Of a stretch of DNA of 24,000 nucleotides, positions 1 through 8,836 are shown piece after piece. The position numbers and the translations under genes were made by a program. Location: NCBI RefSeq assembly GCF_014202395.1, contig NZ_JACHGQ010000001.1:240311-264310 (forward strand), read 5' to 3'. The notes under the pieces were generated by a model, which saw only the letters and a list, made by a program, of their open reading frames with translations, searched no databases and was not told where the DNA came from. Origin of the DNA: Histophilus somni. GTDB lineage: Bacteria > Pseudomonadota > Gammaproteobacteria > Enterobacterales > Pasteurellaceae. Numbering within the stretch: the stretch's first letter is position 1; each line of letters opens with the position of its first letter.

Positions 1-102
1 CGTGTGTGCCTAGTGAATTACCAACATCATATCGTTACAATATAAGAGTATGATTTTTTTGTTGTAATTGATTTATTGAATTTTATTTTGGGGGAAAAGC
101 GA

Positions 103-1224
103 ATGGCAAAATCAAATAAAAAATGGCTGTTTAGTGGAATCGTTGGTATGTTATTAGGGGTGATTATTTTAGCGGGAGTACAGTATGCAATGAAAGCAAC
201 CAGCACCACTGAATTTTGCGTTTCTTGCCATTCAATGCAACAACCTCAAGCAGAATGGGAAGCCTCTATACATTTCTCTAACCGAAAAGGGATTCGTGCC
301 GAATGTGCGGATTGCCATATCCCGCAAGATAACGTTTTCCATTATGTGAAAACAAAAGTCTTTGCAGTGAAAGATCTTTGGCATACTTATGTTACTGATA
401 AATTGCCTGATGAAGAAGCATTTGAAAAGCATCGTTTAGAAATGGCGAAGTCCGTTTGGCAAGATTTAAAAGAATCAGATTCTGCCACTTGTCGCAGTTG
501 TCATAGTTTCGAAGCAATGGAAATGTCTTCGCAAACATCGACAGCACAAAAAATGCACAAAACCGGCATCGAAACAAATCAAACTTGTATTGATTGCCAT
601 AAAGGTATTGCTCATTTTATGCCTGAAATAGAGGTTGATGATACAGCCGCATATGGTGAATTAACTAAACATGCAGGAGAATTTAAGCAAACCGATAAAA
701 TATTATATAGTTTGGCAATGAGTCCGGCACAGCTGGCACAAGGCGATGAAGTGCGGTTAATGCCGTTTGCAGAAGTGAATGATTGGAAATTGCAAGATGA
801 CAATATTATCGGCACAATTCACGGTTGGCAACAAGTAGGTGCGGAAACAATAGTCTATGCACAATTAGGGCAACGCATTATGTTGGCTTTAGGTGATGGA
901 ATTGAGAAAAATGTGAACGTGTTGCAAACTGTTCATGACAAAGTCACAGATTCTGAGTGGAAAGAGGTTACGTTTGAAATAAACGTGGCAAAAAATGTAC
1001 TAACGTCTAATTTAGAGGCATTAAATCAGTTTGGAAATAATTTAAATCAAACTCATTGTAGTGGTTGTCATGCACCAATTGGGGCAGATCATTACACTGC
1101 AAATCAATGGATTGGTGTTGTAAATTCGATGAAAGATCGTACATCAATGACAGCAGATGACGTACGATCTGTAACAATCTATTTACAACGCAATGCCAAA
1201 GATTTTGGCGAAAAAAGCCATTAA
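103..1224 (+). CDS. torY: Membrane-anchored pentahaem c-type cytochrome, NapC/NirT-TorC family (TorY-like quinol dehydrogenase partner of TorZ)
   Basis: Five CXXCH haem motifs (CVSCH, CADCH, CRSCH, CIDCH, CSGCH). N-terminal hydrophobic anchor (WLFSGIVGMLLGVIILAGV). Tetrahaem NapC/NirT part plus a C-terminal monohaem extension, as in TorC/TorY. Lies just upstream of the torZ-like reductase. The track ORF starts at TTG 76; I prefer ATG 103, which is preceded by GGGGAAAAG. Confidence 0.9.
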   Translation: MAKSNKKWLFSGIVGMLLGVIILAGVQYAMKATSTTEFCVSCHSMQQPQAEWEASIHFSNRKGIRAECADCHIPQDNVFHYVKTKVFAVKDLWHTYVTDKLPDEEAFEKHRLEMAKSVWQDLKESDSATCRSCHSFEAMEMSSQTSTAQKMHKTGIETNQTCIDCHKGIAHFMPEIEVDDTAAYGELTKHAGEFKQTDKILYSLAMSPAQLAQGDEVRLMPFAEVNDWKLQDDNIIGTIHGWQQVGAETIVYAQLGQRIMLALGDGIEKNVNVLQTVHDKVTDSEWKEVTFEINVAKNVLTSNLEALNQFGNNLNQTHCSGCHAPIGADHYTANQWIGVVNSMKDRTSMTADDVRSVTIYLQRNAKDFGEKSH

Positions 1225-1491
1225 GCTACACTTAAAGGAAACGCTGAAATTTTTGAAAAAACTGACGACTCCGAGCTTGTTGACCTAAGTTGCAAAATAA
1301 GGTTGCAAGCCTGTAACATTGTCAAATGTTGCACATGGTATAACTAGAAATGGTTGTGCCACTCCCTTTAGAAAGGTGTCGAAAATAAAACTTTCACAAT
1401 GTGTTGGAGAAAGTGCGGTGTGTTTTCTAACCGTTTCGATGTCTTTTCTTTCACCAGTTCATTGTGAGCCTAGTAAATAACGAGGTTTAAA

Positions 1492-3960
1492 ATGAAAACA
1501 CAAAATAAAGTTAATACAAGTCGCCGTGATTTTTTAAAAAATTCATCATTAGGCGTGGCTGGCGTATCTCTAAGTGGCGGTGTTGTCGGAACATTAGCTT
1601 CGAAAGCTGTGGCGGCTGAACAACATACCGTTGTAACAGCTGCTCATTGGGGGGCTTTAGGTGTAGTTGTAGAAAATGGCAAGGTAGTTAAATCAGGATC
1701 TGCAATGCCAATTTCAGTCGAAAATGAATTACAAAGCGTAGTAGCTGACCAACTTTATAGTGAAACAAGGGTAAAATATCCAATGGTTCGTAAAGGATTT
1801 TTGGAGGGTAATAAAGATACCAGTTTGCGTGGACGTGATGAATGGGTTCGTGTTTCTTGGGATAAAGCCTTTGATTTAGTTGCAGGTGAAATGAAACGTG
1901 TTCGTGATGCTTATGGTGCAGGCAGTATTTTTGCCGGTTCTTATGGCTGGTATAGTTCAGGTGCATTACATGCCAGTCGTACCTTGTTACAGCGTTACAT
2001 GAATGTTACCGGTGGATTTGTCGGAGTCAAAGGGGACTATTCAACAGGTGCGGCACAAGTAATTATGCCTCATGTATTAGGTACAATTGAAGTTTATGAA
2101 CAACAAACCAGCTGGGAAACCGTTTTAGAAAGTTCAGATATTGTTGTGTTATGGGCGGCTAATCCTCTTACGACTTTGCGAATTGCATGGACTTCTACCG
2201 ATCAACAAGGTATTGAATATTTCAAAAAATTGAAAGAAAGCGGTAAACGTATTATTTGTATCGATCCGGTTAGAAGTGAAAGCTGTGAATTCTTAAATGC
2301 AGAATGGTTACCTGTGCATACAGGCACCGATGTTCCTTTAATGTTGGGGATTGCACATACGTTGGTTACTACAGATAAACATGATAAGGCATTCTTGAAA
2401 AAATACACTACTGGCTATGATAAATTTGAACAATATTTATTAGGAAAAACTGACGGTCAACCGAAAGACGCAAATTGGGCAAGCAAAATTTGTGGGTTAC
2501 CTGCAGATATCATCAAACAGTTAGCAGCTGATTTTTCGTCAAAACGTACTATGTTAATGGGCGGTTGGGGTATGCAACGTCAACGCCATGGTGAACAAAC
2601 TCACTGGACATTAGTTACTTTAGCGGCGATGCTGGGACAAATTGGGTTACCTGGAGGCGGATTTGGTTTCAGTTATCATTATTCTAATGGTGGTGCACCT
2701 TCCGCAGTCGGTGGTATTATTGGTTCAATTACAGCTAATCCATCAGTACAAGCCGGAGAAAAAACATGGCTGGATGATACATCAAAATTCTCTTTCCCAT
2801 TAGCACGTATTGCTGATGTATTGCTGAATCCTGGAAAAACAATTGATTATAATGGCTCTAAAGTGACCTATCCTGACATTAAGTTAATTTATTGGGCGGG
2901 TGGTAATCCTTTCGTTCATCACCAAGATACAAATACATTAGTGAAAGCATGGCAAAAACCTGAAACTGTTATTGTCAATGAAGTTAACTGGACACCGACT
3001 GCTCGCATGGCGGATATTGTATTACCAGCCACAACGAGCTATGAACGTAACGACTTAACTATGTCCGGTGATTATGCCATGATGAATATTTTTCCAATGA
3101 AACAAGTTGTCCCTCCACAATTTGAAGCGAAAAATGACTATGATATTTTTGCAGAATTAGCCAAACGTGCAGGAGTAGAAGACAAATTTACTGAAGGAAA
3201 AACGGAAATGGAATGGTTGCAAGATTTTTACAACGTGGCATTTAATGCAGCACGTAAAAATCGTGTACTTATGCCGAAATTTGAAAAATTCTGGCAAGAA
3301 AATAAACCTGTTAACTTTAAACCAACTGAAAAATCAAAAAAATGGGTACGTTACGAAGCATTCCGCAATGATCCTTTACTGAATCCACTTGGTACACCAT
3401 CAGGAAAAATTGAAATTTACTCTGATGTTGTCGCAAAAATGAATTATGATGATTGTAAAGGTCATCCATATTGGTTTGTTCCTGAAGAATTTGCAGGTAA
3501 TACAACGACGGAAGCCCCTTTAGCATTAGTTACACCACATCCTTACTATCGCTTACACAGTCAATTGGCTCACACATCATTACGGAAAAAATATGCAGTA
3601 AACGATCGTGAACCTGTGCTAATTCATAAAGAAGATGCAATGGCTCGTGGCATCATGGATGGTGATATTGTTCGTATTTTCAACAAAAGAGGACAAGTAT
3701 TGGCAGGTGCGGTAGTTACTGAAGGAATTATTAAAGGTACGGTCGCATTACATGAGGGGGCTTGGTATGATCCGGCTGATTTAGGTCAATCAGAACAACC
3801 TTTATGTAAAAATGGTTGTGCCAACGTACTGACACGTGATGAAGGTACTTCAAAATTAGCACAAGGTAATTCCCCGAATACATGTATTGTTCAAGTGGAA
3901 AAATACACAGAAACTGCACCGAAAGTGACGGTATTTGACCAACCGAAACAGTCTGTGTAG
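1492..3960 (+). CDS. torZ: Periplasmic molybdopterin (bis-MGD) S-/N-oxide reductase, DMSO-reductase family (TorZ/BisZ; the Haemophilus orthologue is described as methionine sulfoxide reductase MtsZ)
   Basis: 822 aa. Twin-arginine signal SRRDFLKNSS...AVA. No N-terminal Fe-S Cys cluster. GDYSTGAAQ segment (Ser Mo-ligand context of TorA/DorA-type enzymes). Paired with a TorY-type cytochrome. SD GAGG lies 6-9 nt upstream of the ATG. Confidence 0.93.
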   Translation: MKTQNKVNTSRRDFLKNSSLGVAGVSLSGGVVGTLASKAVAAEQHTVVTAAHWGALGVVVENGKVVKSGSAMPISVENELQSVVADQLYSETRVKYPMVRKGFLEGNKDTSLRGRDEWVRVSWDKAFDLVAGEMKRVRDAYGAGSIFAGSYGWYSSGALHASRTLLQRYMNVTGGFVGVKGDYSTGAAQVIMPHVLGTIEVYEQQTSWETVLESSDIVVLWAANPLTTLRIAWTSTDQQGIEYFKKLKESGKRIICIDPVRSESCEFLNAEWLPVHTGTDVPLMLGIAHTLVTTDKHDKAFLKKYTTGYDKFEQYLLGKTDGQPKDANWASKICGLPADIIKQLAADFSSKRTMLMGGWGMQRQRHGEQTHWTLVTLAAMLGQIGLPGGGFGFSYHYSNGGAPSAVGGIIGSITANPSVQAGEKTWLDDTSKFSFPLARIADVLLNPGKTIDYNGSKVTYPDIKLIYWAGGNPFVHHQDTNTLVKAWQKPETVIVNEVNWTPTARMADIVLPATTSYERNDLTMSGDYAMMNIFPMKQVVPPQFEAKNDYDIFAELAKRAGVEDKFTEGKTEMEWLQDFYNVAFNAARKNRVLMPKFEKFWQENKPVNFKPTEKSKKWVRYEAFRNDPLLNPLGTPSGKIEIYSDVVAKMNYDDCKGHPYWFVPEEFAGNTTTEAPLALVTPHPYYRLHSQLAHTSLRKKYAVNDREPVLIHKEDAMARGIMDGDIVRIFNKRGQVLAGAVVTEGIIKGTVALHEGAWYDPADLGQSEQPLCKNGCANVLTRDEGTSKLAQGNSPNTCIVQVEKYTETAPKVTVFDQPKQSV

Positions 3961-3976
3961 CATAATTTATACATTT

Positions 3977-4006
3977 AAGGCGATCTATGATCGCCTTTAT
4001 TTTTTC
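3977..4006 (+). terminator. Rho-independent terminator after torZ
   Basis: AAGGCGATC-tat-GATCGCCTT, a 9-bp stem (3977-3997), followed by TATTTTTT. Confidence 0.8.
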
Positions 4007-4057
4007 AAAAGTGTCAAAGTGCGGTAAAAATTTTAAAAAATCATATCATTGATTATG

Positions 4058-4336
4058 TCATTTATTGTGCTTAAGATACTGTCTTTCTTGTTCAAGTAAA
4101 TTTTCTTGCTGTTTTGGCATCTGCAAATAAAATCCATTTTGTTTAATTTGTTGTTGCACATCTTCATTGTTAGCATTAATCAATGATTTTTGTCCTGCTA
4201 AATTAAATAACATCACAAAAATTGGCTTGCCGAATGACTCAAGTAAGGAAGATGGAACGGAATCAAAATGCCCCCGTTTTTCAATATAAAGATACATCCC
4301 TTCTTTTCTTTTAGTCTTGTAAATAGCACAAAGCAT
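4058..4336 (-). CDS. ycgL: YcgL-domain protein (small conserved protein of unknown function)
   Basis: 92 aa. The recalled E. coli YcgL pattern is conserved (CxIY+sxKRxxxYLYxEK...F..VP..L...FG.P...M...L.....L.NA....V...L...G.YLQ.P). SD AAGGAAAG upstream. Confidence 0.85.
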   Translation of the reverse strand: MLCAIYKTKRKEGMYLYIEKRGHFDSVPSSLLESFGKPIFVMLFNLAGQKSLINANNEDVQQQIKQNGFYLQMPKQQENLLEQERQYLKHNK

Positions 4337-4448
4337 TTTCTTTCCTTATATAGTGAAAAAATAAGCTACTTGATAACCAAGTGCGGGGAAAATTTTACTA
4401 TATTCAACCCATTAGATATATCACTTGCTGTTTAGCGATAAACTTCGC

Positions 4449-4883
4449 TCAAATACTCTGCCAAAACTCAGTATCTAATTTCTGTTCAGCCTTACGCAAT
4501 AACTCTGCCAAATCCTGATACGTTGGTTGCTCAATAGAAACAAGATTAGTATTTTTTTGCTGTAACACCTCAACTATCTTATCAAACCATACCTTTGTTT
4601 GTGGAGGTAAAGGCAACTTTGAGCGTTTACCTAGCCAATATAGACCTTGTAATGGCAAGCTCAACGCAAACAAAGCGGTTAAAACTGCAATAGCTAAAGC
4701 AACCAAATCATGTTTTATATAAACTTGTTGCCAAACTAATGAAAATACTGCTAAAAACGGCATAAATTTTTGTGCAAATAATGTTACCTTAATAACTCGA
4801 TTTTCAGGAAAAATAATACTCAGTTTAGGTATTGAAGGCCAAGTTTCCAAATAACGTTGACCTAATTTTAGTGTTTGATACAT
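4449..4883 (-). CDS. yfbV: UPF0208 inner-membrane protein YfbV
   Basis: 144 aa. Strong similarity to recalled E. coli YfbV (ENRVIK, RFMP..AVF, LFALSLP.QGL.WLGKRS..PLPP). Divergent from ackA, the same synteny as in E. coli. Confidence 0.88.
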   Translation of the reverse strand: MYQTLKLGQRYLETWPSIPKLSIIFPENRVIKVTLFAQKFMPFLAVFSLVWQQVYIKHDLVALAIAVLTALFALSLPLQGLYWLGKRSKLPLPPQTKVWFDKIVEVLQQKNTNLVSIEQPTYQDLAELLRKAEQKLDTEFWQSI

Positions 4884-5113
4884 ATTCGTTTAGAATTATT
4901 TATAAAAAAATCTATTATTTTTATCAAGAAAATTAAACGATGAGTTTGATACATTTTTTGATAAAAGTCGTATTTTTTGATTTTACCAATTTATTTTATT
5001 ATCTGAAAAGTGTATTCTATGCAGGGCAAAGACTTTCATGTCAGTTCATTTACTTGGAATATTGTTGAGTAAATGAATTTATTTTTTAACTTAACTTTCA
5101 AAATAGGTCTCGT

Positions 5114-6310
5114 ATGTCTCAAAAATTAGTCCTAATTCTTAACTGCGGTAGTTCATCTTTAAAATTTGCTATTCTTGATCCAGTTTCAGGTGCTGAAAAA
5201 TTATCAGGTTTAGCCGAGGCCTTCTACCTACCGGATGCCCGAATTAAGTGGAAACTTAACGGTGAGAAAGGTAATGCAGATTTAGGTGCTGGTGCAGCAC
5301 ATAGTGAAGCATTAAACTTTATCGTTTCAACTATCTTAACTGAAGATCTTAAAAATTCAATCGCAGCCATTGGACACCGTGTTGTTCATGGAGGTGAAAA
5401 ATATACCAAATCTGTTGTTATTACCGATGAAGTTATCCAAGGTATTAAAGATGCTGCTGAATTTGCTCCTCTTCATAACCCTGCACATTTGATCGGTATT
5501 GAAGAAGCATTTAAAGCATTTCCTCATTTAAAAGATAATAACGTAGCCGTATTTGATACAGCCTTCCATCAAACAATGCCAGAAGAAGCATTCTTATACG
5601 CTCTGCCATATTCTTTATACAAAGAACATGGCGTTCGTCGTTATGGTATGCATGGAACCAGCCACTATTTCGTGAGTCGTGAAGCTGCCAAACGTTTAAA
5701 TATTGCTGAAGATAAAATAAACGTAATTACCTGTCATCTAGGCAACGGTGCCTCTGTTGCTGCAATTCGCCAAGGTAAATGTATTGATACTTCCATGGGC
5801 TTTACTCCACTGGAAGGCTTGGTGATGGGTACTCGTTCCGGTGATCTTGATCCAGCAATCATTTTTTACATGCACAATACGTTAGGCATGTCAGTAGCAC
5901 AGATCGAGGAAACTTTAGTTAAAAAATCAGGTTTGTTAGGTTTAACAGAAGTCACGAGTGATTGCCGTTATTCTGAAGATAACTATGAAAAAGAAAGTGC
6001 TGCAAAACGTGCATTAGATGTATTCTGCTATCGTTTAGCAAAATATATCGGTTCATACATGGCTATTATTGGCGAAAACTTAGATGCGATTGTCTTTACC
6101 GGCGGTATTGGTGAAAACGCCGCCTTGGTTCGTCAAATTACTTTAAATCATTTAAAACTATTTGGTTATAAAATTGACGATGAGAAAAACTCAGCAGCTC
6201 GTTTTGGTAATGAAGGTGTTATTACAGCGGATAATACGCCAATCGCAATCGTTATTCCAACAAACGAAGAACTTGTAATTGCACAAGATACTGCTCGTTT
6301 AAGTTTCTAA
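5114..6310 (+). CDS. ackA: Acetate kinase
   Basis: 398 aa. Canonical N-terminus [15 protein letters not shown], plus [27 protein letters not shown] and FTGGIGEN motifs. Followed by pta. Confidence 0.97.
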   Translation: MSQKLVLILNCGSSSLKFAILDPVSGAEKLSGLAEAFYLPDARIKWKLNGEKGNADLGAGAAHSEALNFIVSTILTEDLKNSIAAIGHRVVHGGEKYTKSVVITDEVIQGIKDAAEFAPLHNPAHLIGIEEAFKAFPHLKDNNVAVFDTAFHQTMPEEAFLYALPYSLYKEHGVRRYGMHGTSHYFVSREAAKRLNIAEDKINVITCHLGNGASVAAIRQGKCIDTSMGFTPLEGLVMGTRSGDLDPAIIFYMHNTLGMSVAQIEETLVKKSGLLGLTEVTSDCRYSEDNYEKESAAKRALDVFCYRLAKYIGSYMAIIGENLDAIVFTGGIGENAALVRQITLNHLKLFGYKIDDEKNSAARFGNEGVITADNTPIAIVIPTNEELVIAQDTARLSF

Positions 6311-6324
6311 TTGTAATCTACAGG

Positions 6325-6353
6325 CTGCCGATAAATTCGGCAGTTTCTTTTTT
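6325..6353 (+). terminator. Intercistronic hairpin plus T-run between ackA and pta (probably a partial terminator or processing/stability element)
   Basis: CTGCCGA-taaat-TCGGCAG, a 7-bp stem (6325-6343), followed by TTTCTTTTTT. It lies 23 nt upstream of the pta ATG. Confidence 0.5.
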
Positions 6354-6376
6354 AACAACATTATTTAAGGTTTATT

Positions 6377-8515
6377 ATGTCTCGTACAATTATCCTTATT
6401 CCTATTAGCACCGGTGTTGGTTTAACCAGTGTAAGTTTAGGTTTAATCCACGCTCTTGAGCAAAAAGGGGCAAAAATCGGTTTCATGAAGCCAATTTCGC
6501 AACCAAGTACCGATGAAGATAAATTAGACCGCACTACTTCAATTGTGCGTACCAGTACAACACTTGAAACAGCCGAACCGTTTATGCTAAGTGTGGCTGA
6601 AAATCTAATCGGTCAAAATCAATCCGATGTGTTACTGGAAAAGATTGTTGAAAATCATCAACAACTAGCTAAAAATAATGAATTGATTATTGTTGAAGGC
6701 TTAGTTCCAACTCGCAAGCATGGCTATGCAAACAGTATCAACTACGAAATTGCAAAGGCGTTAGATGCTGAAATCGTATTAGTTGCAGCACCTGCAACAG
6801 AAACGCTGGCAGAGTTAAAAGAACGCATTGAAGCGGCAGCCTCTCAATTTGGCGGAAAAAATAATCCAAACTTACTTGGTGTCATAATTAATAAATTTAA
6901 TGCACCAATTGATGAATCCGGACGTACTCGTCCAGACCTAAGTGAAATTTTTGATGCTTACCAACATAAACAAAATAACCTTAATGAGGTTTACAAGCTA
7001 TTTGAAAAAAGCCCTATTAAAGTATTAGCTTGCGTTCCGTGGAATGCGGAGCTTATTGCAACTCGTGCTATTGATTTGGTCAATCATTTAGGTGCTTCTA
7101 TTCTACATGAGGGCGATATTAAAACTCGTCGTATTCGTAGTATTACTTTCTGTGCTCGTTCATTACAAAATATGGTTGAGCATTTCAAAACAGGTAGTCT
7201 GTTAGTTACCTCCGCTGATCGTCCTGATGTCCTAACTGCCTCCGCACTTGCTGCGACTAACGGGATCGAGCTAGGTGGTATTTTACTCACAGGTGGTTAC
7301 AAAATTGACAATCAAATTAAAAAACTATGCCAACCAGTATTTGAAAATACCGGCTTACCTATTTTTCGAATTGAAGGTAACACATGGCAAAGTGCATTGG
7401 CTCTACAAAGCTTCAACCTTGAAGTACCTGTTGATGATAAAGAACGCATCGAAAACATTAAACAATACACAAGCCAACAATTTAAATCTTCATTTATTGA
7501 AAATTTAGTTGCCGCCTCAACTCGTCCTCGTCGTTTATCTCCTCCTGCATTCCGTTTTCAATTAACTGAGTTAGCTCGTGCAGCCAAAAAACGAATAGTA
7601 TTACCTGAGGGAGATGAACCTCGTACAGTTAAAGCTGCTAGTCTTTGTGCAGAACGTGGTATTGCAGAATGTATCTTATTAGCAAATCCTGATGATGTTA
7701 AACGTGTTGCTGATGCTCAAGGCGTTGTATTAGGAAAAGGTATTACAATAATTGATCCTGTCTCTGTACGTGAAAATTATGTAGACCGTTTAGTAGAATT
7801 ACGTAAAGCCAAAGGTATGACTGAAACGTCTGCACGAGAGCAATTAGAAGATACCGTCGTATTAGGCACTATGATGCTTGAGGCTAACGAAGTCGATGGA
7901 CTTGTTTCAGGTGCGATACATACAACAGCGAATACTATTCGTCCACCGATGCAAATCATTAAAACAGCACCTGGTAACTCAATTGTTTCTTCAATTTTCT
8001 TTATGTTATTACCTGACCAAGTACTTGTTTATGGCGACTGTGCAGTTAATCCGGATCCAACCGCAGAACAATTGGCAGAGATTGCAATTCAATCTGCTGA
8101 TTCCGCAAAAGCATTCGGTATTGATCCAAAAGTGGCGATGATCTCTTACTCAACAGGCACGTCAGGTTCCGGTGCTGATGTTGAGAAAGTAAAAGAAGCA
8201 ACTCGTATTGCCCAAGAAAAACGCTCGGATTTATTAATAGATGGCCCATTACAATATGATGCGGCAGTAATGGAAGATGTAGCAAAATCTAAAGCACCAA
8301 ATTCTCCGGTTGCCGGTAAAGCGACAGTATTTGTCTTCCCAGATCTCAATACCGGAAATACAACCTATAAAGCAGTACAACGCTCAGCAGATTTAGTATC
8401 TATTGGTCCGATGTTACAAGGTATGCGTAAGCCGGTCAATGACCTATCTCGTGGAGCATTGGTTGATGATATTGTGTATACTATTGCATTAACTGCAATT
8501 CAAGCGACACAATAA
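6377..8515 (+). CDS. pta: Phosphate acetyltransferase (long form: N-terminal DRTGG/regulatory domains plus C-terminal PTA_PTB catalytic domain)
   Basis: 712 aa. N-terminus [23 protein letters not shown] closely matches recalled E. coli Pta. C-terminal catalytic half contains [22 protein letters not shown] and [15 protein letters not shown]. Confidence 0.97.
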   Translation: MSRTIILIPISTGVGLTSVSLGLIHALEQKGAKIGFMKPISQPSTDEDKLDRTTSIVRTSTTLETAEPFMLSVAENLIGQNQSDVLLEKIVENHQQLAKNNELIIVEGLVPTRKHGYANSINYEIAKALDAEIVLVAAPATETLAELKERIEAAASQFGGKNNPNLLGVIINKFNAPIDESGRTRPDLSEIFDAYQHKQNNLNEVYKLFEKSPIKVLACVPWNAELIATRAIDLVNHLGASILHEGDIKTRRIRSITFCARSLQNMVEHFKTGSLLVTSADRPDVLTASALAATNGIELGGILLTGGYKIDNQIKKLCQPVFENTGLPIFRIEGNTWQSALALQSFNLEVPVDDKERIENIKQYTSQQFKSSFIENLVAASTRPRRLSPPAFRFQLTELARAAKKRIVLPEGDEPRTVKAASLCAERGIAECILLANPDDVKRVADAQGVVLGKGITIIDPVSVRENYVDRLVELRKAKGMTETSAREQLEDTVVLGTMMLEANEVDGLVSGAIHTTANTIRPPMQIIKTAPGNSIVSSIFFMLLPDQVLVYGDCAVNPDPTAEQLAEIAIQSADSAKAFGIDPKVAMISYSTGTSGSGADVEKVKEATRIAQEKRSDLLIDGPLQYDAAVMEDVAKSKAPNSPVAGKATVFVFPDLNTGNTTYKAVQRSADLVSIGPMLQGMRKPVNDLSRGALVDDIVYTIALTAIQATQ

Positions 8516-8547
8516 AAATTTGCGGAAATAGACCGCACTTTCATAAA

Positions 8548-8579
8548 AATAAGACTCTATAAGTAGAGTCTTATTTTTT
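8548..8579 (+). terminator. Rho-independent terminator after pta
   Basis: AATAAGACTCTA-taag-TAGAGTCTTATT, a 12-bp stem, followed by TTTT. A USS (ACCGCACTT, 8532-8540) lies just upstream. Confidence 0.85.
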
Positions 8580-8583
8580 ATCA

Positions 8584-8605
8584 AAATTTTTGACTTAGTT
8601 CACAA
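8584..8605 (+). promoter_or_regulatory. Candidate CRP (cAMP receptor protein) site of the tna promoter
   Basis: TTTGA-cttagt-TCACA (8589-8604) matches TGTGA-N6-TCACA in 9 of 10 core positions with the correct 6-bp spacing and A/T-rich flanks. A TACTAT -10-like hexamer at 8645-8650 would put the site near -60, the class I position reported for E. coli tna. Confidence 0.45.
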
Positions 8606-8699
8606 ATTTAAAACATTCTATATGACAAAGTGCAATTGCTAAGTTACTATCTTCCTCGTCTGAGATAAATTACATTTCATTTCTAAAAAGGGATAAGCT

Positions 8700-8786
8700 A
8701 TGGTAAATGTTTTATCACCAAATCAAGTTTGGATACTTGTAGATCCAAAGCTATCCCTGTATTTTCCCATAACTCCTCAATCCTAA
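8700..8786 (+). CDS. tnaC: TnaC-like tryptophan-sensing leader peptide of the tna operon (28 codons; absent from the ORF track)
   Basis: ATG 8700 with SD AAGGGA about 6 nt upstream. Peptide MVNVLSPNQVWILVDPKLSLYFPITPQS. W11, D15 and P23 reproduce the spacing of the essential E. coli TnaC residues W12, D16 and P24. Ends 50 nt before tnaA. Confidence 0.7.
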   Translation: MVNVLSPNQVWILVDPKLSLYFPITPQS

Positions 8787-8836
8787 TAATATTTTTGTAA
8801 TATACATTTTTTAATCAATTATTTGAGGATTTAATC

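Noticed and set aside
76-102. N-terminal extensions given by the track: TTG 76 for torY, GTG 10279 for tnaB, ATG 13300 for the adhesin, TTG 15874 for the permease and ATG 11897 for the DHOD-like gene.
   Set aside because: In each case a downstream ATG has a better SD and yields an N-terminus that matches the family (signal peptide or conserved start). The 10279 start lies inside the terminator hairpin. Residual uncertainty applies mainly to 11897 versus 11912.
1349-1387. 12-codon ORF (MVVPLPLERCRK) in the torY-torZ spacer as a possible small protein or leader
   Set aside because: It has no SD and no conservation argument, and it is too short to evaluate from sequence alone.
1688-3919. Short minus-strand ORFs within torZ (1688..1966, 2202..2408, 3317..3526 and 3731..3919). 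Similar embedded ORFs occur within torY, pta, tnaA, tnaB, ampG, parE, parC and ycjF.
   Set aside because: All lie inside strongly supported CDSs on the other strand or in another frame. Their products are compositionally odd and lack SD sequences, so I treat them as noise from the 60-aa ORF cutoff.
4944-4982. Three TTTGAT motifs, including two ATTTTTTGAT copies 19 bp apart, in the yfbV/ackA divergent promoter region
   Set aside because: Short motifs in a roughly 25% GC spacer. They do not match FNR (TTGAT-N4-ATCAA), ArcA or CRP consensus well enough to call a site.
8584-8596. Possible direct repeats flanking the tna cluster: AAAATTTTTGACT at 8584-8596 and AAAATTTTGACT at about 11546-11557
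   Set aside because: The repeats are about 12 nt, imperfect and very AT-rich. The left copy is better explained as part of the CRP-like site. This is insufficient to call insertion-site duplications.
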